A stretch of 63,373 bases of DNA, counting the filler, from Reclinomonas americana ATCC 50394 (Eukaryota), in NCBI GenBank assembly GCA_048213135.1. It is 5 parts of 4 records of this genome, joined end to end, with 100 filler letters (N's around TTAATTAATTAA, not from the genome) between each part and the next. Parts side by side here need not be neighbours in the genome. Positions count along the whole stretch, not along the records: positions 33,052 to 56,832 come from PS015761.1; 4 more parts are not named here. One strand, 5' to 3'. Under the pieces are notes generated by a model. That model did not search any database. It was not told where the DNA came from and saw only the letters and a list, made by a program, of their open reading frames with translations. The translations under genes and the position numbers were made by a program. Shown here piece after piece: positions 39,099 to 48,859 of this stretch; the first letter of the stretch is position 1, and every line of letters begins with the position of its first letter.

Positions 39099-40073
39099 AT
39101 GAACAAGACTGCGATGAATCTGCTCGTCGTCGCGCTGCTGTCGGCAGCATCGCCTGTCGTCGCCACCGCCGGAGCAGAGGACTACCCTACTCGACCGGTT
39201 ACAATCATTGTGCCCTTCCCGGCCGGCAGTGCGACCGACTCAGTCGCGCGGAAGGTGAGCGAAGGTTTGCAACGGCATCTCGGGCAGGGCTTCATCATCG
39301 AGAACAAGGCCGGCGCGGACGGCATCATCGCCAGCCGGCAGGTCGCCGGCTCGGCGCCTGACGGCTACACTCTGCTCATCACCACCAACACGACGCACTC
39401 GGCCAATCCGAGCATCTATCGCCAGCTCCCCTACGATCCGAAGAGGGATTTCACGCCCATCGGCGGGATCATTCGCATCCCGTTCATGCTCGCTGTTCGT
39501 CCTGGCTTCCCGGCAAGGGATTTCTCAAGCTTCGTCAAAGCGGCGAAGGAAGCCAATCCGCCATTGTCTTACGGCAGTGGAAACACCGGCGGGCGGGCCT
39601 CGGGCGAGTTGCTCAAGGCGCGCCTCGGCTTCGACATGACGCATGTGCCGTATCGCGGTTCGCCTCAGGCTATGACCGATCTGATCGGCGGCCGGATCGA
39701 CGTGTTCTTCCCCGATCCAGCCAGCGCGCTCGGCATGATCCAGGAAAAGAAGTTCGACGTGCTGGCGGTGACCGGCCCGAAACGCGTGCCGACGCTGCCC
39801 GATATTCCGACCTTGATGGAGCTCGGCGTGCCGGACTTCAACATCGTCGCGTGGGTTGCTGCCTTTGCGCCCGCGAAAACGCCGCAGCCAATCGTCGCGC
39901 GCCTGAACGAGGCCTTGAACACTCTGCTGCGGGAGCCGGACATGATCGCCTTCGTGAATCAAATCGGATCGGAAATCCTATCGACGACTCCAGCAGAGCT
40001 CGGAGCCTATGTCGACGAGGACGCAGCGCGATGGGTTCATCTCGTCGAGATCGCGAAAATCGAGAAGAAGTAA
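39099..40073 (+). CDS. Bug/TctC tripartite tricarboxylate transporter substrate-binding protein
   Basis: YPTRPVTIIVPFPAGSATD, ENKAGADG, HVPYRG. Confidence 0.92.
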   Translation: MNKTAMNLLVVALLSAASPVVATAGAEDYPTRPVTIIVPFPAGSATDSVARKVSEGLQRHLGQGFIIENKAGADGIIASRQVAGSAPDGYTLLITTNTTHSANPSIYRQLPYDPKRDFTPIGGIIRIPFMLAVRPGFPARDFSSFVKAAKEANPPLSYGSGNTGGRASGELLKARLGFDMTHVPYRGSPQAMTDLIGGRIDVFFPDPASALGMIQEKKFDVLAVTGPKRVPTLPDIPTLMELGVPDFNIVAWVAAFAPAKTPQPIVARLNEALNTLLREPDMIAFVNQIGSEILSTTPAELGAYVDEDAARWVHLVEIAKIEKK

Positions 40074-40126
40074 GGTCCCTCGGCGTCGCCGCTCGCGGCG
40101 CGCCCCGGACTGCGATGGAGGAATAT

Positions 40127-41317
40127 GTGACCAAGCCACTGACGGGCGTGCGCGTCCTTGATCTGACGAAGGTCCTCGCAGGCCCTCTCTGCACGCAGTA
40201 TCTCGGGGAAATGGGGGCCGAGATCATTAAGGTCGAGCCCGTGCAGCTCGGTGACGAGACGCGCGGCTGGCCGCCTTTCCGTGCGCCTGGGCTCGGCGCC
40301 GTGTACATGAGCGTCAACCGCAACAAGCGGAGCATTGCGCTCGATCTCAAGACCGAGCGCGGCAAGGCGATCGTGCATCGCCTCGCGAAAACAGCCGATG
40401 TCGCGATCGAAAGCTTCGGGACCGGAGTGGCCGAAAGGCTCGGAATCGATGCGGAGACGCTACGGGCGATCAACCCGCGCCTGATCCATTGCAGCATCTC
40501 GGGCTTCGGCCGCGAAGGGCCGTTGCGCGCGGCTCCCGGATACGACGTGATCCTGCAGGCCTTCTGTGGCGTCATGGCGCTGACCGGCGAGGAGGGAGGC
40601 AGCTATATCCGCAGCCCGATATCGCCGATCGATCAGATGACTGGCATGCACGCCCTTACCGGCATCCTGGCGAAGCTCTACGAGAGGCAGAATGGCGGGG
40701 CAGGCGGCACCGTCAACGTGTCGCTCTACGATACCGCCATGGGACTGATGGCCTACAATCTTCAGAGCTTCTGGGAGCGCGGGGTCCAGCCGAAGAAATG
40801 CGGCTCCAGCCACGAGTCGCTCTGTCCTTACCAAGCGCTTGAAGCAGCGGACGGCCCGATCATGATCGGCGTCGCAAACGATAATCTATGGAGAAAATTC
40901 TGCGCCGCCGCGGGACTTGATCAACTCGCAGACGATCCGGAGTTCCGAACCAACGCGGACCGCGTCAGAAATCGCGCCAGGACGCTTGAAATCGTTCAGG
41001 CCGCTCTCCTCACCAATACGGCGGCGCACTGGTACGAGGTGCTCTCCAAAGCCGGAATTCCGTGCTCGCCAATTAATTCGATCCAGCAATTGCTTGATCA
41101 CCCTCATACGCAGGCAACGGGAATGGTCATGACGTATGATCGGCCCGGGGTTGGCGACCTGCACGGGATTGCGCAGCCCGTTCGGTTCGATGGTCGAGTG
41201 GCTGAGCCCGGCTTGCCTCCACCCAATCATGGCGAGCACACCGACGAGATTCTCGCTGAGCTGGGACTAACGCCAGGCGAGTTGGAATCTCTGGCGGCAG
41301 GTGAGGCCGCCGCATAG
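40127..41317 (+). CDS. CaiB/BaiF family (class III) CoA-transferase
   Basis: PLTGVRVLDLTKVLAGP, NRNKRSIALDLK, GYDVILQA. Confidence 0.92.
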   Translation: MTKPLTGVRVLDLTKVLAGPLCTQYLGEMGAEIIKVEPVQLGDETRGWPPFRAPGLGAVYMSVNRNKRSIALDLKTERGKAIVHRLAKTADVAIESFGTGVAERLGIDAETLRAINPRLIHCSISGFGREGPLRAAPGYDVILQAFCGVMALTGEEGGSYIRSPISPIDQMTGMHALTGILAKLYERQNGGAGGTVNVSLYDTAMGLMAYNLQSFWERGVQPKKCGSSHESLCPYQALEAADGPIMIGVANDNLWRKFCAAAGLDQLADDPEFRTNADRVRNRARTLEIVQAALLTNTAAHWYEVLSKAGIPCSPINSIQQLLDHPHTQATGMVMTYDRPGVGDLHGIAQPVRFDGRVAEPGLPPPNHGEHTDEILAELGLTPGELESLAAGEAAA

Positions 41318-41515
41318 CGAAGACCGCGGTCTCAGTTCTATACCGCGGTCACCCGCCGCGTCCCCACCGCCCCATTTGGCGGTGGCGTTGGGCAGTTCGA
41401 GCATCGTTCGGTATCGAGATTGTCTTGCAAGGATAGGCCAAGCCAAAGTGCGCAGCCCTATTTGATGTGGCCTGGTCGCGTTCGGCGACGCAGTCGCCTG
41501 ATGGACCAGGAGGAT

Positions 41516-42217
41516 CTAGTCCCTCGGACCGAACGCCCGGCCGGCCAGGGAGATCGCTTCCTCGAGCCTCTTGCCCGTCAGGCTTGCCCATTCGTCGCCC
41601 AGGCTCCGCGAGGCCCCGCGCTGGCGGGCGAGATGCAGGCCAAGGCGGTCCTGCAGCGCCGCATCGAAGAGCTGGTCCCCGCGCAGGCTGAGCTGCTTCT
41701 TGAGACCGCGCAACGTGCGCCGCACGATCTGATAGCGGCCGATGGCGCTGGAGCCCCCGCCGGCGTACAGCGCGGCGTTTTCAGGGTGCGACAACATCAC
41801 CGTCTGCAGAGCTTCGATCTGATCGAGGGTCAGGACCGTCAGGTCCTGCTCCATAGCCCTTGGCAGCCACCTGCCGTAATCGAGCGAGGTGGAATACCCG
41901 TCGTTCGCCTGGTTTGCCGTGCCCTCGCATTTCGCGATGTAGTTCAGGAGCGCTTTCTCCTGATCGGTGACGCGCTGCGCGAGGACATCTTGCGCTACGG
42001 GATCGACCGGATGCGCAACAGCCCGATTGTCATTCGCGGCCTTCGGGATTTCGTTGTCGTTGGCCGCGCGAACCCTGCGGTTATCGTTGGCCGCCGATCC
42101 GAGGAGGCTGTCTGCCTGCGGGACGAAGCTGGGCGCGCAAGCTGTTAGGAGGGCAATCACGAAGCCGCAGCCCACAAAGGAAGCGGCACGCGGGAAACTG
42201 TCCATCTTGGACCCCAT
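41516..42217 (-). CDS. Lipoprotein with lambda-lysozyme-like (GH24/GH104) domain and three AANDN repeats
   Basis: Lipobox LLTAC; ALLNYIAKCEG (catalytic Glu position), SSAIGRYQI, EWASL; the linker reads AANDNRRVR-AANDNEIPK-AANDNRAVA. Confidence 0.75.
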   Translation of the reverse strand: MGSKMDSFPRAASFVGCGFVIALLTACAPSFVPQADSLLGSAANDNRRVRAANDNEIPKAANDNRAVAHPVDPVAQDVLAQRVTDQEKALLNYIAKCEGTANQANDGYSTSLDYGRWLPRAMEQDLTVLTLDQIEALQTVMLSHPENAALYAGGGSSAIGRYQIVRRTLRGLKKQLSLRGDQLFDAALQDRLGLHLARQRGASRSLGDEWASLTGKRLEEAISLAGRAFGPRD

Positions 42218-42869
42218 TGGCCAGGGCCGAAGCTTGTTGCTTCGGGCGTTCGAGGCCGGGGACCCCCCGGCCGCCTCCGCGGCGCGGAAGGCCAGGGCAG
42301 GATCAGGGCGTGGACAGCTCGATTTTTCAGCGCGCCCTTCGGAATGAAACAGTCCGCGTTAGATGTTTCCCTTCGTGGTCTCGCGTGAAAAGAAAAGTGA
42401 AAAAAGAGCGACAACGCCGACACGGCAGGGGTTGCCGTAGTGTTCCTCTAGCTGAACGAAATGAAACAGCGCGGTTCACGTGGGGGTTCNNNNNNNNNNN
42501 NNNNNNNNNNNNNNNNNNNNNNNNNNNNNNNNNNNNNNNNNNNNNNNNNNNNNNNNNNNNNNNNNNNNNNNNNNNNNNNNNNNNNNNNNNNNNNNNNNNN
42601 NNNNNNNNNNNNNNNNNNNNNNNNNNNNNNNNNNNNNNNNNNNNNNNNNNNNNNNNNNNNNNNNNNNNNNNNNNNNNNNNNNNNNNNNNNNNNNNNNNNN
42701 NNNNNNNNNNNNNNNNNNNNNNNNNNNNNNNNNNNNNNNNNNNNNNNNNNNNNNNNNNNNNNNNNNNNNNNNNNNNNNNNNNNNNNNNNNNNNNNNNNNN
42801 NNNNNNNNNNNNNNNNNNNNNNNNNNNNNNNNNNNNNNNNNNNNNNNNNNNNNNNNNNNNNNNNNNNNG

Positions 42870-43816
42870 TTCTCAATGCCCGATCCGGCGTAAACTGGGC
42901 GCGCAACGTGAACGGCCGGAAGCGTTTTTCCTACCGCAGCTTCAGGGACAGCTTGGGTGCCGGCGCCCCCGCTATGACCTCGATCTATCGATTGGCAAAC
43001 AGCCCCCTGGAAAAGCTGCTCGGGCCGCGCACGAAGTACGATGACATCGCCGGCCTTAATGAGCAGGCCATCAAGGCGATCTTTCCGACGGAGGCGTCGA
43101 GAGCGGCGATGCGGATGGAATGGCTCCTGCGCTCGGCGAGTTACAATCTGATCGAGCCTGCCCGAGCGATGCTCCTTCTCTCCGAGGCGGAGGGTGTTCT
43201 CGAACACCTGGACGAGAAGGCGAGCGGCAATGAGGAATGCCGGGTTGACTGGCTGTGCCGCTCCTCGCTCGGCGCGCAGATCCCGACCTATAAGGCTGGC
43301 GCCCCGAACATCAGCCCCGAGCGCAAGGTGCGCCTGTTCGAACAGGCGCAGACCCGGCTCGCCGAGTGCGCGGCTGAGCGCTTGCATGTCCTGAGAAACA
43401 TCGAAGCCCCCTTCACTGAAAAGGCGGTCTCGGTGCGCATGGAAACACTGGCTTTCTTCGTCGAGTACAATCTGCGCAACCAGCGGCAGAGCAATCTCAA
43501 GGCGATGGCCGAGCGCATCTCCGAACCCGTTGTTCTGAAGGCGGTAAAGCTGGTGACTGGGCGGCTGGGTGATCCCCGCATCCCCCTGAACTTCGCCGAA
43601 GCCGCCGGCTATGTCGCGATGATCGAGCACGGCGGCAAGGCTGACGCCTACAACAAGAAGGCCGAGGCCATGATCCAGCTGATGCTGGATACCGCGAACC
43701 ACACCGGTCCGATTCGGGAGTTCGCCCCGGCCTGGATGCCGGAAGGCTATGATCTCTTCAAGACCCCCGAACTTGAGGCCGCAATCCGACTCATCGAAGC
43801 GAGCGAAAAGGAGTAA
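42870..43816 (+). CDS. Hypothetical helical protein, possible N-terminal HTH (5' end in gap)
   Basis: About 315 open codons with coding-like bias; FSYRSFRDSLG..AMTSIYRLAN is HTH-like, followed by amphipathic helices. Confidence 0.7.
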
Positions 43817-44001
43817 TGCTGATGCCGACCCATCCCCGCCGTGTGCGCATCGCTATCGCACTGATCCTGAGCCTGGCGTTCGCGCAAGCGAGCGTGGCTC
43901 TTGCTGCGGCTCCGATTCATCTGACGGAACGCGGAAGCAAGGTCAGTTCCGATGGGGCGACGCTATTCGCCCGGGCGCCGATCCACGTGACCGGCGCATA
44001 A
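43816..44001 (+). CDS. Small (61 aa) secreted peptide
   Basis: AAGGAG RBS and TAATG stop/start overlap with the upstream gene; Sec-type signal RRVRIAIALILSLAFAQASVALA; mature part contains APIHLT and APIHVT. Confidence 0.65.
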   Translation: MLMPTHPRRVRIAIALILSLAFAQASVALAAAPIHLTERGSKVSSDGATLFARAPIHVTGA

Positions 44002-44035
44002 GCCTGGCCCCACGACCTCATTGGTGCCTGATATC

Positions 44036-44061
44036 TGCCGTGAGCCCAAGGGCTCACGGCA
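44036..44061. terminator. Perfect 12-bp hairpin between convergent genes
   Basis: TGCCGTGAGCCC-AA-GGGCTCACGGCA. Confidence 0.7.
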
Positions 44062-44138
44062 TTTCGATGCCGCGATTGGCGTCATTTTGGAAACCCATCT
44101 CGGCCGGTTTGCCACTCGATCTCGCGGTGCGTCGCGAC

Positions 44139-45104
44139 TCATTCGATGGAGACGCCAGCCGATTTGGCAATGGCCCTGAACTTGGCAGTTTCGGATTCGA
44201 CGAAGGCGGCGACCTCGGCTGGCGAGGCGGGCTTGCTGGTCTCCGCACCCAACTCGGAGAAGCGCTTGTTCATCTGCGCGCTCCCCATCACGGCGTAGGT
44301 CTCCGCGTTGAGACGATCGACGATCGGCTGCGGCGTGCCTTTGGGAACGGCGATGACGTTCCAGGTATAGGTTTCATAGCCGCTCAACCCCGCTTCATGC
44401 ATCGTCGGAGTGCCGGGCAGGAGCGATGAGCGCGTTTTCGTGCTCACGCCAATCGCTTTCAACTTGCCGTCGTCAACGAAGGGCGCTGCAGTCGTTACCT
44501 GATCGAAGACGAAGGAAACGTTGCCGCTAATAAGGTCTGTCATCGCCGGAGCAGCGCCGCGATAGGGCACATGCACCATGTCGACCTTCGCCATCGACCG
44601 AAACATTTCCGCCGCCATGTGCAGCGTCGTGCCGTTGCCCGACGATCCATAGTTGTACTTTCCCGGATTCGCTTTCAGCAGAGCCAGCAGTTCCGGCAGG
44701 TCGTTAGCGGGCACAGAGGGATGCATGACGAGAACGAGCGGGGCGCTTCCTGCCATTGCAACAGGCACCAAATCCGCGGGCTTGTAAGGGAGCTTGCGAT
44801 AGACGCCGGGGTTGATCGCGTACGCGACCGACGTGAACAGGACCGTGTAGCCGTCGGGCTCGGACTTTGCGACCGCGTCGGTGCCTGACACAGAGCCGGC
44901 ACCTCCACGATTTTCGACTACGACTTGCTGCTTCAAGCGCTCGGCCAAAGCGCCTGCGACGACCCTCGCCAGCACATCTGTGCCGCCTCCCGCCGCGAAA
45001 GGAACGATCATTCTTATCGGTCTTTGAGGATATTCCTGCGCCCTCGCGGCGACCGGACTCGCGAGCCCCAACAGCAGCACGGCAACGGCCGGGATCTTGA
45101 TCAT
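44139..45104 (-). CDS. Bug/TctC substrate-binding protein
   Basis: YPQRPIRMIVPFAAGGGTD, YGSSGNG, HVPYRG. Confidence 0.92.
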   Translation of the reverse strand: MIKIPAVAVLLLGLASPVAARAQEYPQRPIRMIVPFAAGGGTDVLARVVAGALAERLKQQVVVENRGGAGSVSGTDAVAKSEPDGYTVLFTSVAYAINPGVYRKLPYKPADLVPVAMAGSAPLVLVMHPSVPANDLPELLALLKANPGKYNYGSSGNGTTLHMAAEMFRSMAKVDMVHVPYRGAAPAMTDLISGNVSFVFDQVTTAAPFVDDGKLKAIGVSTKTRSSLLPGTPTMHEAGLSGYETYTWNVIAVPKGTPQPIVDRLNAETYAVMGSAQMNKRFSELGAETSKPASPAEVAAFVESETAKFRAIAKSAGVSIE

Positions 45105-45150
45105 TGCAATCCTCCCTCTTGCCGGTTCCAGCCGGCATTCTTTATAGTAC

Positions 45151-45165
45151 AAAGGTAGGACCATT
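45151..45165. promoter_or_regulatory. Putative FadR/GntR operator in divergent Bug/MaoC promoter
   Basis: AAAGGTAGGACCATT. Confidence 0.6.
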
Positions 45166-45227
45166 ATATTTTAGGGTCAACAATCAGAGCGAGCCGGCGG
45201 CTCGAAAAAGCAAAGGGAGGCATTGAA

Positions 45228-45683
45228 ATGGCGGGTTTATTTTTTGACGAGCTGACGATCGGGCAGGTTTTCAAGCATGAGATCCGGCGCACAGTCACCG
45301 AAGCCGATAATGTCTGGTTCAGCGCATTGACGCACAATCCGGCCTATCTCCACCTCGATGAAGAGTATTGCCGAACTGAAACCGAGTTCGGCCAACGGCT
45401 GGTCAATAGCGCGTTCACGCTCGGCCTGATGGTCGGCATCTCAGTCGGAGACACCACGTTGGGTACCGCCATAGCGAACCTCGGTTGGGACGAAGTGCGC
45501 TTCCCGAAACCGCTCTTCCACGGCGACACAATCCGGGTTGAAACCGAGGTGGTTGATCTGCGGGAGAGCCGATCCCGGCCGGAAGCGGGGATCGTCACCT
45601 TCCTACATCGCGCATACAACCAACACGGCGACCTGGTCGCGCAATGCCGCCGGTCGGGCCTCCAGCGAAAGCGACCTTCTTAG
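45228..45683 (+). CDS. MaoC-family (hot-dog) dehydratase
   Basis: [36 protein letters not shown]. Confidence 0.9.
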   Translation: MAGLFFDELTIGQVFKHEIRRTVTEADNVWFSALTHNPAYLHLDEEYCRTETEFGQRLVNSAFTLGLMVGISVGDTTLGTAIANLGWDEVRFPKPLFHGDTIRVETEVVDLRESRSRPEAGIVTFLHRAYNQHGDLVAQCRRSGLQRKRPS

Positions 45684-45689
45684 GGGGCC

Positions 45690-46460
45690 TCAGCTGCCTT
45701 TAAACGCAGGCCGCCGCTTTTCCCGAAACGCTTGGATGCCTTCGCCGTGGTCTTCTGTCAGGAGATTGACGCCCTGCGCCCAGGCCTCGGCGTCCAGGAA
45801 GGTTTCCAGGCTAGGGGAATGCAGCAGCTTGAACATCTTCTTGGTCGTGCTGAAGGAGAAGTGCGGGCCGTCGACGAGTTCCTCGACATAGCGCTGCGTT
45901 TCGGCCGCGAGTTCGTCGTCCGGCACCATGCGCGTCACGAGACCGAGGGACAGGGCCTCCTCCGCTCCTAGTTTACGCGCGCGATAGACGAGTTCCTTGG
46001 CGCGCAATTCGCCGATCACCTTGGAGAGGAAGTAGATGGCGCCGCCGTCAGGCGACAGCCCGACATTGCGGAATACCTGGGAGAACACGGCCGTCTCGGA
46101 CGCAATGATCATGTCGCAGGCTAGCGCCATGCTCCATCCGATGCCGGCGACAGGCCCGCGGACGCTGGCGATGACAGGCTTCTCGATATTGGCGAGCGCA
46201 ATGATCATGCGATGGGCGCGCTTCAGACGCTCGCGGCCGGTAACGGCCGTGAATTGTCCCATCGTCGTCGTGTCGCCGCTGGCGCAGAACCCACGACCGG
46301 CGCCGCACAGCACGACGACCTTAACCGACGGATCGCGGTTCACCTGGCCGAAGATGTCGGGCATCGCCTCCTTCATCTCTTCCGAGAGCGCGTTGAGGCG
46401 ATCCGGTCGGTTCAGCCTCACCGTGGCCACCGGTCCGGCGATTTCGAGGTCGACATTCAT
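45690..46460 (-). CDS. Enoyl-CoA hydratase/isomerase
   Basis: LNRPDRLNAL, FCASGD, KPVIASVRG, GLSPDGG. Confidence 0.9.
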   Translation of the reverse strand: MNVDLEIAGPVATVRLNRPDRLNALSEEMKEAMPDIFGQVNRDPSVKVVVLCGAGRGFCASGDTTTMGQFTAVTGRERLKRAHRMIIALANIEKPVIASVRGPVAGIGWSMALACDMIIASETAVFSQVFRNVGLSPDGGAIYFLSKVIGELRAKELVYRARKLGAEEALSLGLVTRMVPDDELAAETQRYVEELVDGPHFSFSTTKKMFKLLHSPSLETFLDAEAWAQGVNLLTEDHGEGIQAFREKRRPAFKGS

Positions 46461-46518
46461 GGGCGCGAGGCTCCTGGTGTATCGGTGCGGCCATAGGGCT
46501 CGCCGTGGTTGGGATCGA

Positions 46519-47292
46519 TCAACGGCCGCTGAAGTTCGGCGGTCGCTTTTCCGCGAAGGCTGCCGGGCCTTCCTTGGCGTCCTCCGTGGATTGCAGCAGC
46601 CGGAGCACCATCTGCTCCATGCGCAAGCCGGTCGTGAGATCCATGTCGCGGCCGCGGATTGCGAGCTCCTTGGCGGCCTGGACGGCCAAGGGGGCGGCGG
46701 CGGCGATGCGGCGTGCATAGTCCTTCGCTGCGGACATGACCTCGCCGGCGGGCACGACCTTGTTGATCAAGCCCCATCGAAGAGCGGTCTGCGCATCGAT
46801 CGAGTCGCCAGTCAGGAGCATTTCCATCGCGATCGCGTAGGGCAGTTGCGAGAGCACGCGCTGCGTGCCGCCATTGGCCGGGATGACGCCGCGCTTGACC
46901 TCGGCGAGGCTGAAGGTCGCGTGCTCAGCTGCGACCCGAAGGTCGGTGCCCATTAGCAGCGTCATGCCGCCGCCGAGGCACAGCCCGTTCACGGCGCAGA
47001 TGACAGGCTTCCACACCTCGAGGCCGCGATTCAGCAACTGGTCGCGCTGGGTCAGCCACATCTGCGAGAATTCGGCCGGCTTTGCCACGAAGCTCTTGAT
47101 GTCGGCGCCGGTGGTGAAGGCGCGCTCGCCCGCCCCGGTGACGATCGCGACGCGGATGTCGATGTCGTCGCGGACCTTGATCCAGGCTTCGGACAGGGCG
47201 CGGTAGTGGTCGCCGTCCATCGCGTTGAGCCGCTCGGGACGGTTGATCGTGATGATCGCAATTCCGTCCTCGACCTCGAAATCGATAGCCAT
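46519..47292 (-). CDS. Enoyl-CoA hydratase/isomerase
   Basis: INRPERLNAM, AFTTGADI, KPVICAVNG, LAEVKRG. Confidence 0.9.
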   Translation of the reverse strand: MAIDFEVEDGIAIITINRPERLNAMDGDHYRALSEAWIKVRDDIDIRVAIVTGAGERAFTTGADIKSFVAKPAEFSQMWLTQRDQLLNRGLEVWKPVICAVNGLCLGGGMTLLMGTDLRVAAEHATFSLAEVKRGVIPANGGTQRVLSQLPYAIAMEMLLTGDSIDAQTALRWGLINKVVPAGEVMSAAKDYARRIAAAAPLAVQAAKELAIRGRDMDLTTGLRMEQMVLRLLQSTEDAKEGPAAFAEKRPPNFSGR

Positions 47293-47321
47293 TTCATAGT
47301 CCTCGGTAGAGCGGGCGGCGG

Positions 47322-48812
47322 TCAGCCCTGATTGATGTAGACGTTCTTCTGATAAAGGAACGCGTCGACGTGGTGGGGGCCGCCCTTGTTGCCGTAGCCG
47401 CTCATCCGGATGCCGCCGAAGCCGACAGACGGGTCGACGACGCCGTAGCAGTTGACCCAAACTGTTCCCGATTTGATGCCGTTGGCCATCCGCAACGCCG
47501 TGGACACGTCGCGGGTCCAAACCGCGCCACCGAGCCCGTAGATGGTGTCGTTCGCCATTCGGAGCGCGTCCTCGGCATCGTCGAACGGGATGACGGACAC
47601 AACGGGACCGAAGACCTCCTCCCGCGCGATGCGCATGCCGTTCCCGACGCCGGAAAAGATCGTGGGTTCGATGAAGTAGCCGTTGGCCAGATCCCCTTGC
47701 AGGCGGTTGCCGCCGGCCGCGAGCGAGGCGCCCTCCTGCGTCGCGACGTCGATGTAGCCAAGAACGCGATCCAACTGCTTCTGGGAGATCAGCGGTCCCA
47801 GATTGACTGTGGGGTCGAGCCCGTTGCCGACGCGCAGGGTCTTGCCGAAGGCGGCGAGCCTCTCGACGAATTCTGCCTGGATGCCGCGCTGGACGAAAAG
47901 CCGCGAGCCCGCGTAGCAGACCTGGCCGCTGTTGTTGAACACCGCCATGGCCGCACCGGGGACGGCGACGTCGAGGTCGGCATCCGCGAAGACGACATCG
48001 GGCGACTTGCCGCCCAGCTCCAGCTGCAGGCGCTTAATGTTGACGGTCGAGGCCTCGATGATCTTGCGTCCCGTCTCGGTCGAACCCGTGAAGGCGATGC
48101 GATCCACGTCCGGATGGCGGGCAAGCGCGTCGCCCGCCTCGGCACCATAGCCCGTCACGACATTGACGACGCCTTCTGGAAGCCCGGCCTCATAGAGAAG
48201 CTCGACCATCCGCAGCACGCTGAGGGAAGCGTCCTCCGCCGGCTTGAGAACCACCGTGCAGCCGGTCGCCAGGGCCCCGCCCAGGATCCACCACTGGCTG
48301 ATCAGAGGTCCGTTCCAGGGAATGATTCCGCCGATGACGCCGACCGGCGCCTTGATCGTCATCGTCGTGAAATTGCCGGGAAGCGAGTTCGGCAGGGTTT
48401 CTCCGGCGGTGTTGACCGCCTGGCTCGCATAATAGAGCGCCGCCTGGAGGAGGAACGAGCGGAAGGCCTTCGTCCGCGATAGCGGCGCGCCCATGTCCAG
48501 CGTTTCCAGCAGGGCGAGCTCGTCGAAATGCCGATCGATGAGATCGTGGACGCGCACCAACAAGGCTTGGCGCTGATAGGGAGTAAACGACTTCCACGGC
48601 CCCTCGAAAGCCTGCCTCGCGGAACGCACTGCATGCTCGACGTCCTCGGCCGATCCTTCGGCAAGATCGGCGAGCTTCTCGCCGGTCGCGGGATTGAAGG
48701 TCGCGAAGGTCCGCCTCGACCGCGACGGCACCATCCTGCCGTCGATCAGGTGGCCTTTGGCCGCGCCGGTCAGATAGGGATGCGATACCGGAGGAGATGC
48801 GTGCGTATTCAT
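47322..48812 (-). CDS. Aldehyde dehydrogenase
   Basis: IIPWNGP, FTGS, LELGGKSP, NSGQVC, EEVFGPV. Confidence 0.93.
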   Translation of the reverse strand: MNTHASPPVSHPYLTGAAKGHLIDGRMVPSRSRRTFATFNPATGEKLADLAEGSAEDVEHAVRSARQAFEGPWKSFTPYQRQALLVRVHDLIDRHFDELALLETLDMGAPLSRTKAFRSFLLQAALYYASQAVNTAGETLPNSLPGNFTTMTIKAPVGVIGGIIPWNGPLISQWWILGGALATGCTVVLKPAEDASLSVLRMVELLYEAGLPEGVVNVVTGYGAEAGDALARHPDVDRIAFTGSTETGRKIIEASTVNIKRLQLELGGKSPDVVFADADLDVAVPGAAMAVFNNSGQVCYAGSRLFVQRGIQAEFVERLAAFGKTLRVGNGLDPTVNLGPLISQKQLDRVLGYIDVATQEGASLAAGGNRLQGDLANGYFIEPTIFSGVGNGMRIAREEVFGPVVSVIPFDDAEDALRMANDTIYGLGGAVWTRDVSTALRMANGIKSGTVWVNCYGVVDPSVGFGGIRMSGYGNKGGPHHVDAFLYQKNVYINQG

Positions 48813-48859
48813 GGAGCTTTCCACCATCAGCAGGAGTCCGGGAATGTCGGCGGTGCTGA

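Noticed and set aside
41516..44001. Prophage lysis module
   Set aside because: No holin, spanin, structural, integrase or att features are visible; the muramidase has its own lipoprotein signal.
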